Shown in pieces: positions 1 to 8,678 of a stretch of 64,000 bases of DNA. Position 1 is the stretch's first letter; each line of letters begins with the position of its first letter. The translations under genes were made by a program, and so were the position numbers. This DNA is from an uncultured Verrucomicrobiae bacterium (GTDB lineage: Bacteria > Verrucomicrobiota > Verrucomicrobiia > Palsa-1439), in the NCBI GenBank assembly GCA_963812605.1, contig CAWEWF010000001.1, positions 32,001-96,000 of the forward strand, given 5' to 3'. The notes below the pieces were generated by a model that had not been told where the DNA came from, searched no databases, and saw only the letters and a list, made by a program, of their open reading frames with translations.

Positions 1-204
1 CACAATAACAATCCGACAGATGGCAGTAACTGGGAGTTGCTCTGCATTTATTGCCACGATCATGAACACGAGAAATACAAGCTGAAGGGCTATGTGGACG
101 GATCCACGCCCGATGTCGGGGCGGAAAAACCTCCCATCGCGAACCCGTTTGATAATCTGGACAACTTATTGAAGAGCAAGGATACGGACGCAAAGTCCAA
201 ATGA
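1..204 (+). CDS. yajD: YajD-family HNH nuclease, 3' part (truncated by window edge)
   Basis: Frame 1 reads HNNNPTDGSNWELLCIYCHDHEHEKY...NPFDNL...*, closely matching the E. coli YajD motif NNPEDGSNWELLCLYCHDHEH; stop TGA at 202-204. Not in the ORF track. Confidence 0.88.
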   Translation, partial: HNNNPTDGSNWELLCIYCHDHEHEKYKLKGYVDGSTPDVGAEKPPIANPFDNLDNLLKSKDTDAKSK

Positions 205-226
205 AGCTTCCGACGGAGCGCTCATA

Positions 227-742
227 ATGCCTCGCAACGTCGAAATCAAAGCCAGGGTTGGCGACCTGGCGCAACTCCGCGCGCGGGCGCAAGCCATCGC
301 CGACAGCGGGCCCTTCGAGATCCAGCAAGACGACACTTTCTTCGTGTGTCACAACGGCCGATTGAAGCTGCGTATCTTTTCGGAATCACAAGGCGAGCTC
401 ATCTTTTACAAACGCGATGATTCACCCGACCCCAAGGAATCGCAGTACGTCATCACACCGACCTCCACTCCCCATGAATTGCGTGAGACACTGGCTCTCG
501 CATTGGGAGAGTGCGGTCGAATTCGCAAACAGCGCACCCTTTTTCTCGTTGGAAGAACCAGGATTCATCTCGATGAAGTCGAGGGGCTGGGCCACTTCAT
601 GGAGCTTGAGGTTGTATTATCAGACGGCGAAACGGTCGCCCAGGGTATCGCGATCACTCGCCGTATCATGCAGCAGCTCGGAGTCAACAATCAGGACCTG
701 ATGCATCAAGCCTACGTCGATCTCCTCGAAGGGAGGCGATGA
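227..742 (+). CDS. CYTH-domain protein (class IV adenylate cyclase/triphosphatase family)
   Basis: N-terminal ExExK-like motif (NVEIKAR), RLKLR, and 'HLDEVEGLGHFMELEVV' typical of CyaB-like CYTH proteins. Confidence 0.9.
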   Translation: MPRNVEIKARVGDLAQLRARAQAIADSGPFEIQQDDTFFVCHNGRLKLRIFSESQGELIFYKRDDSPDPKESQYVITPTSTPHELRETLALALGECGRIRKQRTLFLVGRTRIHLDEVEGLGHFMELEVVLSDGETVAQGIAITRRIMQQLGVNNQDLMHQAYVDLLEGRR

Positions 743-758
743 AGGCGATGTGGATCCG

Positions 759-1181
759 TCAGGGTTTGAGCGCAACAAGCCCGGCGCCAACGGCGATCAG
801 AATGATGCCGGCCCAGTTGCGCAACAGCAGTTTTTCACCCAGAAATGTCACGCCCAACAGCGCGACCAAAACCACGCTGAGTTTGTCGATCGGGGCCACC
901 AGGGAAGCATTGCCCAGTTTCAGCGCACGGAAGTAACACACCCAGGACGCACCGGTTGCCAGTCCCGAAAGGAAAAGAAACAGATAGCTTCGCAGGGGAA
1001 CGGAATCCAGCCGCTGGTACTGGCCCGTCACACCGAGAATGGCCGCCAACGCGAAAAGGACAACAATGGTTCTCACAAAAGTTGCGAAATCGGAGTTGAT
1101 GTCTTGAACCCCCACTTTCGCGAGGATTGCGGTCAACGCGGCAAATGTCGCGGATAGAAACGCCCAACCCTGCCATGACAT
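759..1181 (-). CDS. EamA/DMT family small transporter
   Basis: MSWQGWAFLSATFAALTAILAKVG...GLATGASWVCYFRALKLG...VAPIDKLSV; one EamA domain with ~5 TM segments. Confidence 0.9.
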   Translation of the reverse strand: MSWQGWAFLSATFAALTAILAKVGVQDINSDFATFVRTIVVLFALAAILGVTGQYQRLDSVPLRSYLFLFLSGLATGASWVCYFRALKLGNASLVAPIDKLSVVLVALLGVTFLGEKLLLRNWAGIILIAVGAGLVALKP

Positions 1182-1292
1182 GTGAGCTCCTTTCATCTGA
1201 ATTGCTCCACCGCCAAGAATACGCCGCGTTTCAACTTGGAAAAGCAAACAGAATCCTCACACGCCCGGCATGGCGGCGCAACGCAGGAGCGA

Positions 1293-2147
1293 TCAGGATT
1301 TGCCGACGGTATTGGCGCTTTCGCTCGCTTCTACCCGCCGGCGAAGTTTGCGCAGAGCAATTTCCTGAATCTGGCGGACGCGCTCGCGGGTCACTTTGAA
1401 TCTCTTGCCGACCTGCTCCAGTGTCCTTGGCGACTGACCGTCCAGACCGAAACGCATCGTCAGGATTTCCGCTTCGCGCGGATCCAGGTATTTGACGTGC
1501 TCACGGATCTCCTGGCGCATCGTTTTCACGCGCAACAGTTCGTATGGGGTCAGGGCGCCATCGTCCTGGACAATGTCACCAAAACGGCTTTCGTCCTCGT
1601 CGCCAATCGGGGCGTCGAGGCTGATGGGACTTACGCCGAGTTTGCGGAGCGCAGCCACCTTGGCCGTCGAGATGTCCAGGGACCTGGCCAATTCAGCGTC
1701 ACTCGGCTCGCGACCGAGTCGCTCGGTGAGTCTCTGAATTACCCGATTCAATTTGTGCACTTTGTCCACGATGTGGACGGGCAATCGAATGGTCTTTGAT
1801 TGGTTCGAGAGGGCCCGGCGAATCGATTGCTTGATCCATAAAGCGGCGTATGTGGAAAGCTTGGCGCCTTTCCGGGGATTGAATCGCTCGACAGCTTTCA
1901 TCAAGCCGATGTTGCCTTCGTTGATCAAATCCAGCAACGGCATGCCGAAATTCGCATAGTCGTGAGAAATCTTTACAACCAGGCGCAGATTGGCCTTGAT
2001 CATCTGCTCGCGGGCGCGCTTGCTGCCGCGCTGCACCTGCGCCGCCAGCTTGTTCTCCTCCTCCCGCGTCAATAGCGGGGTCTTCCCAATCTCCCGCAAA
2101 TAAAGCTGGAGGGCGTCTCCGTTTTCGTTGTATCGGTCAATAACCAT
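1293..2147 (-). CDS. RNA polymerase sigma70 factor, RpoD/SigA-like, lacking region 1.1
   Basis: LQLYLREIG (region 1.2), ANLRLVV, DLINEGNIGLMKAVERF, STYAALWIKQ, TRERVRQI (region 4.2). Confidence 0.95.
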   Translation of the reverse strand: MVIDRYNENGDALQLYLREIGKTPLLTREEENKLAAQVQRGSKRAREQMIKANLRLVVKISHDYANFGMPLLDLINEGNIGLMKAVERFNPRKGAKLSTYAALWIKQSIRRALSNQSKTIRLPVHIVDKVHKLNRVIQRLTERLGREPSDAELARSLDISTAKVAALRKLGVSPISLDAPIGDEDESRFGDIVQDDGALTPYELLRVKTMRQEIREHVKYLDPREAEILTMRFGLDGQSPRTLEQVGKRFKVTRERVRQIQEIALRKLRRRVEASESANTVGKS

Positions 2148-2352
2148 AACTTCTTTCCGCTCTTAATGCTGCGCCATCTGCCCTGTTAGATGCCACCCGG
2201 CTGGATTTGGTTCAAAAACCTCGAAACTGGGTGATTACCGGTGGTTTGATCCGTGATAGCTCGAAGCGGAAATCCATCGGCACAGATTTGCTGCGCAATG
2301 AGTTGGCAATACCGGCAGAGTGGCGTTTGGGGGAATGCGAGGGAAACAATGA

Positions 2353-3483
2353 TTATTGACCGGTGACGCGAAGATGCATGAATCTCCTGCCACTGGTGGC
2401 GATCGGATTGCTGGCGTCACTGGCCTTGTTGGTCTGGGTGATGCCGTCACTGCCCAGCACCGTTTGCGTGATGCCGTTCGTGCTCCACGGTCCGCCGGGG
2501 TCGCCGGCGGCTTCTGGGGTGTAGATGAGGTCGATCGCGGAAAGGACTTTGGTGTAGGTCAACGTCAAGCAGCCACAACCCGGATCAATTTGCGTCGTGG
2601 GTAGTCCGGCTGCACTGGCCATATTCGGATTCAAATTCAGCGCGTACTCCAACAAGTTAACGATCCCGTCCCCGTCGGGATCGGCGAGGTCGCCACTGAT
2701 GGCGGTATTATTTGCGTTGGTGCCAAACTCAGCGAGCAGCCAGGCGTTGAACGGCGTGTCGTGGATCGTGACCGTGGCGCTGGTGGGCGCGGCGAGGTTG
2801 TACGCGCTTGAATTCAACAAGGTCAACACCACCGTCTTGTCACCCTCGACCACACCGTCCGCCAGCGGGACGATGGTGACATTCGACGGCATGGAATCCG
2901 CGCTCGTGACGAAATTCGTGATGAGACTGTAATTGACCCCGTTGCTGGCCGTGCCGCTGATCGCATAATTCACCACGAGGCTGAGATCGCTGCCCCCGAT
3001 ACTGTTAACCACAAAGGAGCCGGGCTGGGCCCCGAATTTGAAAGCGTTGGCAACATTTGCCTGGATGCTGACGTCAATCGTCGAGACTTGGAATGGTTGT
3101 GTCGCCAGATTGCCGGCGGCAAAGATGTTCGACCCGCCCAGGATGGTGACGGCCCCGAAGTAATCGCCCGCCGGGGTCGTGGGATTAACGGTCACTCCAA
3201 AAACGACATCGCTGTAGGTTTGGCCGGCGGACAAGATGCCGGGAACATTGGCAAAAAAGGCATTGGCGTCGGATGTGAAATTGCTGTTGGCGATGAACTG
3301 AATACCGTTCAAGTACAAATCGTTGGTCGGGTCCGTGTTGCTTAAAATGCCGGTGAAAAACACTTCGTTGCTCCGGGCGGACGCCCGCACCGCCGGCGTG
3401 AGCACGAATGACAGGTTTGCGCGCGCTGTGGCGTCGGCTAACACCAGCGTCAGACCGACCAGGAGAAATGATTTCAGGCGCAC
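2353..3483 (-). CDS. Secreted protein with Calx-beta-like domain, DxDGDG Ca-binding repeat and verrucomicrobial C-terminal domain
   Basis: Signal peptide (ATARA); 'VNYAISGTASNGVNY...PLADGVVEGDKTVVLTL...SATVTIHD' Calx-beta; 'ADPDGDGIVNLLEYALNLNP'; ends RRFMHLRV. Confidence 0.75.
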   Translation of the reverse strand: MRLKSFLLVGLTLVLADATARANLSFVLTPAVRASARSNEVFFTGILSNTDPTNDLYLNGIQFIANSNFTSDANAFFANVPGILSAGQTYSDVVFGVTVNPTTPAGDYFGAVTILGGSNIFAAGNLATQPFQVSTIDVSIQANVANAFKFGAQPGSFVVNSIGGSDLSLVVNYAISGTASNGVNYSLITNFVTSADSMPSNVTIVPLADGVVEGDKTVVLTLLNSSAYNLAAPTSATVTIHDTPFNAWLLAEFGTNANNTAISGDLADPDGDGIVNLLEYALNLNPNMASAAGLPTTQIDPGCGCLTLTYTKVLSAIDLIYTPEAAGDPGGPWSTNGITQTVLGSDGITQTNKASDASNPIATSGRRFMHLRVTGQ

Positions 3484-3495
3484 GATTCGTTTCCC

Positions 3496-5076
3496 TCACT
3501 GGCGGATCGCGAACAGAATGGCGTTGTTGATCGCATACACGGTCCCGTCGACCCCGATCAAGGTGGGCGTGTAGGCTTCGCCAATTCCCGTTGTGAGCGT
3601 GAAGGTTTCGGAAAGCGTATTGGAGGTCAAATCCCAGCGGTAGAGTTTGCCGTCCTCGCTGCCGGCCAACACGGACTTGGTGAACGGATCGACCACCGCG
3701 GTGTTGATACACCATTCCCGCACGCCGGGCAGCGAAGTATTCGGCGTGGGACCGAGAATGGTCAGTATTTCCTTCATCACTGTGGCACCGGTCACTGGGT
3801 CAACTTCCGTATTCAGGGGATCCAGAACGGCAATTTTGTTGGATCCGTTTCCTCCAACTCCGTAATCGGCATAGTTGTTGTATTTGGTCACCAGCAAATA
3901 CGACGAACCGCCGTGGTAAGAGGAAACGACGGCAGACGGGACGATGGAAGCCGTGTCGTCCCAACCGAAGGCTCCCGGAATCTTCGCCTGACTCAGCGAG
4001 CCATTAAAATGCAAAAGCCAGCCACGATCGTGATTGACGCAGCATTGATATTCAAACACGCCGAAGTAAACATCGCCGTCCGGACCGACCGTGGGCGAGG
4101 CCGTGCCGTCGTCCGGCAAGGCGGCGTCCTGGGTCGGAAACCCCGCATCCTTTAACCGGACTTTGGCGATCGGCGCGAGCGTGCGGCTGTCCACCGCCAC
4201 CAGGTAGCCGTAACTGAAATTGCCGGCGTTCACGGCGAAATACAGGGTCTTATGATCGTTGGCCAGCGCCGGGGCACAGTTCTGAACAACCTTGTTCATC
4301 GTCGCGTCACCGGCGGCATTGCTGGCGGCAATCCACGTACCCGCGCCGTTAACGTCGATCCGGGCAATACCACCCTGGAGGTTCACCGGTGTGGAGTTAG
4401 TGACTTGGAAGCCGAAGTAGATGTTCCCGTACCGGTCCGATGTGATCGGTGTATCGATGAACACATTCGATAGATACGCACTGGGATTGGCATTGTAATT
4501 GGTCAGCCCGTAAAAGGCGATGTGGCCAATGACAGGGAGATTGGTCGAGTCGGGGGAATCGCAGTAGTAGACCGTGCCACCGCCGCCGGGAAAATAGATC
4601 CGGTTTTTGGGGGTCAGCGTTGGTGAAAAACTCGGCGTCCAATTGTGCGGCGGCAGAATGTAATCCGTGGATTGCATCCAATTCGTCGCGCCCGTTGTCC
4701 CGACGCGTGATTCGATGCGAAATCCCCCTGCACTGGTGGTTTTCACCGGCACGATGACGGTATTGGAACGCGTGATCAGCGGCGAGCCATAGTGGATGTA
4801 TAGTTCGCTCGTGTTATTGGTGGGCACACTCAAATCCATCGATGTCTGCCACACGGCGCGATGCAGCGGTTGGGATGCTACCGGCGAAATGGCGCTGTGT
4901 TGCGGATCGTGAGCGTAGTCGCTCCAAGGCACCCGGATGCTTTGCGCCCGCGCGCTCGCAGGCAACAGCAAACCGACAACCGCAGCCGCGTGCAACGCAA
5001 GCTTCAGTCCGCCAGTAATCCTGTTCACACCCTGTCCCATTGTTCTCACCCGCGAACCGCGTTCCGAAGGATACAA
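3496..5076 (-). CDS. Secreted hypothetical beta-propeller-like protein (start may be ATG 5040)
   Basis: 526-aa ORF with signal peptide (ASARA|Q); WxxYAHDPQH start; PQQ-like 'PTVGPDGDVYFG' and 'YTPTLIGVDGTVYAINNAILFAI'. Confidence 0.75.
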   Translation of the reverse strand: MYPSERGSRVRTMGQGVNRITGGLKLALHAAAVVGLLLPASARAQSIRVPWSDYAHDPQHSAISPVASQPLHRAVWQTSMDLSVPTNNTSELYIHYGSPLITRSNTVIVPVKTTSAGGFRIESRVGTTGATNWMQSTDYILPPHNWTPSFSPTLTPKNRIYFPGGGGTVYYCDSPDSTNLPVIGHIAFYGLTNYNANPSAYLSNVFIDTPITSDRYGNIYFGFQVTNSTPVNLQGGIARIDVNGAGTWIAASNAAGDATMNKVVQNCAPALANDHKTLYFAVNAGNFSYGYLVAVDSRTLAPIAKVRLKDAGFPTQDAALPDDGTASPTVGPDGDVYFGVFEYQCCVNHDRGWLLHFNGSLSQAKIPGAFGWDDTASIVPSAVVSSYHGGSSYLLVTKYNNYADYGVGGNGSNKIAVLDPLNTEVDPVTGATVMKEILTILGPTPNTSLPGVREWCINTAVVDPFTKSVLAGSEDGKLYRWDLTSNTLSETFTLTTGIGEAYTPTLIGVDGTVYAINNAILFAIRQ

Positions 5077-5164
5077 GCAACGAGTGTACCGGGCAAGCCG
5101 AATCCCGGTCGCTCGGGGAATGTTCTAAATAGGGACACTGTCACACAAACACGGCCTGAGTCAG

Positions 5165-5926
5165 CTATTGTGACGGATTCACCAACTTGGGAGGCGGCGG
5201 CGGGGCATTCGTCGGGGTGATGTCAACGATCTGCATACAGTTCAGATAGCCACCAACGCTGGAGTCTCTGTTCGTTCCCTGGAACTTGATGTACATGATG
5301 CCGTTGTTCTGCGGTGAGATCCGGCTAATGGTGGCTACCTTGTTCGAATTGTGGGCCCCGGGGTTGCCGGGACTCTGTACATAGAGACTGATCGAAGCGA
5401 CCACCCTCGAATAACTCGCGTCGCGGCAAACGGAGTAGGTCGTGTAATCACTGGCGCTGTATTTATGCGATCCAAAGAAGGTCAGCAAGTAAACCTTCGT
5501 CGGATCCAGCCCTTGAATTTGGAAAGTTGAATTGACATAATAGTCATACACGGCTTCATTGATGCCCAGGTAGCCGAGCGCGTCCGTGTCGATGACGCAG
5601 GCGCTGGGATTCTGAGTCGCTCCAGAGGGACCGTTGTAATAGTCTGTTCCGGCTGCGGAGTCAAATACCAGACTCATGGTCGTCACTCCGCCGGCGGCGT
5701 TCGTCAGAGGGCTATTAAGAGCGCCCGCCCAAACACTGTTCCAGAAATTCCCCTTTCTATCCGGACTCGGCGTGTTGGCGCCGCGGTAGCTCTGGTTGTT
5801 CCCAAAATCGAGCAAGATGGTGCCGCTTGGCGGCGGCACTTCGGAAACCTTCACCTTGGCAGAAACCGTCGTCAGCGGAATGGCCGCGCAACTGAAGATG
5901 ACCGCCAGTCTGACGATACGATTCAT
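5165..5926 (-). CDS. Secreted hypothetical beta-sandwich protein with Pro-rich tail
   Basis: Start reassigned to MNRIVRLAVIF (signal peptide); 'ILLDFG', 'IQGLDPTKVYLLTFFGS' and 'GYLNCMQI' motifs. Confidence 0.65.
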   Translation of the reverse strand: MNRIVRLAVIFSCAAIPLTTVSAKVKVSEVPPPSGTILLDFGNNQSYRGANTPSPDRKGNFWNSVWAGALNSPLTNAAGGVTTMSLVFDSAAGTDYYNGPSGATQNPSACVIDTDALGYLGINEAVYDYYVNSTFQIQGLDPTKVYLLTFFGSHKYSASDYTTYSVCRDASYSRVVASISLYVQSPGNPGAHNSNKVATISRISPQNNGIMYIKFQGTNRDSSVGGYLNCMQIVDITPTNAPPPPPKLVNPSQ

Positions 5927-5974
5927 TTTCACACCTGGATGAAATTTGGCTGACCACCATCCTATTTGTCCAAC

Positions 5975-5996
5975 AGGAATTCGGTTTTGCGGAGGG
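5975..5996. repeat. 22-bp direct repeat, copy 1 (AGGAATTCGGTTTTGCGGAGGG)
   Basis: Identical to 7003-7024; TTAA follows both copies (after two extra G in copy 2). Confidence 0.9.
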
Positions 5997-6009
5997 TTAA
6001 GAAAGTGCA

Positions 6010-6984
6010 TCACCAGGCGTATGCCTCGGGCGCAGGACCTCCCGGCCCCGGGAAAATGGCGTCCAGATCCTTCAACATCGCCCCGCCAAGCTTCAGTTTC
6101 AGGGCTTTCAGCGCCGTGTCCACCTGGGTCTTGGTGCGCGGGCCTATGATGGGCGCGGTCACGGCCTTCTGGTGGAGCAGCCACGCCAGCGCCACCTGCG
6201 CCGGGTCCAGCTTGCGCTTGGCGCACCATTTCTCGTAGGCGACGACCTTGGTGTGGTTGGCCTTCAAATCGCGCGCCGCGTTGGCGTCGGCCCTGCGGCC
6301 GCTTTTGGCGCTGGCAGCCCCTCCGGCTAGCGCGCCGCCCATCAGCGGCCCCCAGGGGATGAGGCCCACGCCGTACTGCAGGCAGGCCGGAATTACCTCA
6401 AGCTCGGGCGTGCGGCATATCAAATTGTAGCGGGTCTGCTCGCAAACCAGGCCCATAAAATGCCGGCTCTTGGCGGCCTCGTTGGCGGCAGCGATGTGCC
6501 AGCCGGCGAAGTTGGACGAGCCCACGTAGAGCACCTTGCCCGCCTGCACCAACTGGCTCATGGCCTGCCAGATTTCCTCCCAGGGCGTGGCCCGGTCGAC
6601 GTGGTGCATCTGGTAAAGGTCGATGTGGTCGGTCTTCAGGCGCTTCAGGCTGGCCTCGCAGCCCGCCTTGATGTGCAGGGCCGACAGCCGCGAAAAGTTT
6701 GGCCACTCGCCCATGTCGCCGTAGACCTTGGTGGCGAGCACAACCTTCTCGCGCCTTCCGCCGCCCTTGGCGAACCAGCGGCCGATGACCTGCTCGGTCA
6801 GACCCTCGCCCCGCTTGCCTCCGTAGACATCAGCCGTGTCGAAGAAGTTGATGCCTGCGTCCAGAGCCCTGTCCATCACTTCATAAGCTTCCGGCTCGGT
6901 GGTCAGCCAGGGCCAGTTCATCGTGCCCAAGCAGAGCCTGCTGATCTTCAGTCCTGTGCGTCCCAAGTGCGCGTATTCCATCAC
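6010..6984 (-). CDS. Aldo/keto reductase
   Basis: LGRTGLKISRLCLGTM, GINFFDTADVYG, LATKV, SLKRLKTDHIDLYQMH, GKVLYVGSSN, PAQVALAWLL. Confidence 0.95.
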   Translation of the reverse strand: MMEYAHLGRTGLKISRLCLGTMNWPWLTTEPEAYEVMDRALDAGINFFDTADVYGGKRGEGLTEQVIGRWFAKGGGRREKVVLATKVYGDMGEWPNFSRLSALHIKAGCEASLKRLKTDHIDLYQMHHVDRATPWEEIWQAMSQLVQAGKVLYVGSSNFAGWHIAAANEAAKSRHFMGLVCEQTRYNLICRTPELEVIPACLQYGVGLIPWGPLMGGALAGGAASAKSGRRADANAARDLKANHTKVVAYEKWCAKRKLDPAQVALAWLLHQKAVTAPIIGPRTKTQVDTALKALKLKLGGAMLKDLDAIFPGPGGPAPEAYAW

Positions 6985-7002
6985 CTTCCTCCGTTAACTG
7001 AT

Positions 7003-7024
7003 AGGAATTCGGTTTTGCGGAGGG
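7003..7024. repeat. 22-bp direct repeat, copy 2
   Basis: Identical to 5975-5996; overlaps palindrome GGGGTTAACCCC and lies just upstream of the AKR start. Confidence 0.9.
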
Positions 7025-7218
7025 GGTTAACCCCACATTTCCCATACGCCCCGCGGCCATCACCGGCCATTCAGTATTTGACCGATTATAGTATTCTCAC
7101 TCAGAGTGCCATCAAGCCTTTTCTCGGCTCTAAGACTCGCTTCCTGACTCTGGGGGAGACGGTTCCAGCGGATACGGATAATTGCCCAAATGAAGAGACC
7201 GCCGTCGCTTATCATTGC

Positions 7219-7261
7219 TTGCGAAATTCCCGATTGCGAAATTCCCGATTTCGTGTAGAAT
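7219..7261 (+). promoter_or_regulatory. Putative sigma70 promoter with 15-bp tandem duplication, upstream of the molybdoenzyme operon
   Basis: TTGCGAAATTCCCGA twice (7219-7233, 7234-7248); TTGCGA(7234)-16 bp-TAGAAT(7256). Confidence 0.5.
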
Positions 7262-7297
7262 GCCGGAAGTGGCATCGCAGACAGGGGATGATGGCGA

Positions 7298-8020
7298 ATG
7301 AAAATGTTGCTGGCGAGTATCACGGTCGCTTTTTTCCTGACGGGCGCTTGTCTTCACGCCGAGGAGAATCTCCACGGTGATCTTCTTGAACTGCATTCCT
7401 GCCAGTTATACATCGGCGGCTGCATCGCCTCATCAGAATCCCCACAAGACGGCAGGTATTTGCTACGGGTCTGGAATTTCACCGGCGGATCGCATGCGGG
7501 AATCGCATTGCGCGGTTTGCAGGTAGCGTTGTTGGAAACCTCCGACGAGAATCTCGCTTCTCGCGAAACGATCCCCAATGCGGCCATGGCCTATTTGCCG
7601 CAATTCGCCACTCGCGCCCAAACGTCGGCGCTCCTTGATTGGTTGAAATCCACCAATCCAGAACTCGCCCGCCTCAAGCTATTGACGCGCACCGTTCCCA
7701 TGCAATTGACCAGCACCCATGGCGCGGTTTCCTTTTCCGCGGGCGATTTTCTACAGATGGAAGTCCGTCCGTTTCAATCTTGCGGCCTCGTCAGTTGCGG
7801 CGAATCGCTTTGGTACATGCCGCGCTCCTCTACCATCTCTTACACGGTCGGCGTCACCAGCAAGTCCGCCGTCAATGAGCCGACACTCGCCTTGCGGTGG
7901 ATCGATCACGGCAAGAACAACGTCTTCGAGGGTCGTTTCGGCGAAGGCACAACCGCCCCGTCCGTATTTCAGCCGCCCGCAATCGCCTGCGCCGTGGCTG
8001 ATCACCCAGCGCATGAGTGA
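7298..8020 (+). CDS. Secreted Cys-containing protein, DUF1326-like
   Basis: Signal peptide; 'GDLLELHSCQLYIGGC' N-terminal motif and 'CGLVSCGESLWY' later; overlaps the next gene. Confidence 0.6.
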   Translation: MKMLLASITVAFFLTGACLHAEENLHGDLLELHSCQLYIGGCIASSESPQDGRYLLRVWNFTGGSHAGIALRGLQVALLETSDENLASRETIPNAAMAYLPQFATRAQTSALLDWLKSTNPELARLKLLTRTVPMQLTSTHGAVSFSAGDFLQMEVRPFQSCGLVSCGESLWYMPRSSTISYTVGVTSKSAVNEPTLALRWIDHGKNNVFEGRFGEGTTAPSVFQPPAIACAVADHPAHE

Positions 8021-8678
8021 GCCCTCCCACAACGAGCCGGGCCTCGCCGAAATCAGCCGCCGCTCGTTCCTGAAGGGTTTGGGCACCGTCGTCGTCGCTT
8101 CCGCCGCGGTGCCCGTGGGTGCGGTCGCCGCCGGTGTCGAGGAAATGGGAAATCTCGGCGCCGAGAAGACCCTCGGCCCCGGCCCTGTCCCGGTCACTCT
8201 CACTGTCAATGGCAAGCCGCTCAAACTGAATCTCGAACCGCGGGTCACGCTCCTGGACGCGCTCCGCAATCATTCCACCCTGACCGGCACCAAGGAAGTG
8301 TGCGACCGCGCCACGTGCGGCGCCTGTACCGTTTTGCTGGACGGGACTCCGGTCTATTCATGCATGAAGCTCGCCGTCGAAGCGCAGGGCCACGCGATTA
8401 CGACCGTCGAGGGTTTGGCGGACGCCGGCGAACTCACCCCTGTGCAAAAGGCCTTCGTCGAAGGTGACGCATTGATGTGCGGCTACTGCACGCCCGGGTT
8501 CGTAATGACCGTGACCGCGCTCTTGAAGAGAAATCCACATCCCACGGCGAATGAAGTGCGGACCGCCTGTTCGGGCAATCTCTGCCGTTGCGGCACGCAA
8601 GCGCGCATGCTCACAGCCACGCTGAAAGCCGCTGGTGTGACGGTTGCAAACACAGTCGAGGTCATCCGCCATGCTTAG
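8013..8678 (+). CDS. (2Fe-2S)-binding subunit of a xanthine dehydrogenase-family enzyme, Tat signal (PaoA/YagT-like)
   Basis: SRRSFLK twin-arginine motif; CDRATCGACTV..SC and CGYCTPG...NLCRC clusters. Confidence 0.93.
   Translation: MSEPSHNEPGLAEISRRSFLKGLGTVVVASAAVPVGAVAAGVEEMGNLGAEKTLGPGPVPVTLTVNGKPLKLNLEPRVTLLDALRNHSTLTGTKEVCDRATCGACTVLLDGTPVYSCMKLAVEAQGHAITTVEGLADAGELTPVQKAFVEGDALMCGYCTPGFVMTVTALLKRNPHPTANEVRTACSGNLCRCGTQARMLTATLKAAGVTVANTVEVIRHA

Noticed and set aside
5960-6005. attC-like site (TTAAC...GTTGGAC on the minus strand) after the AKR gene
   Set aside because: About 35 bp, too short; the inverse core does not fit RYYYAAC, there is no extended palindrome and no integrase in the window.
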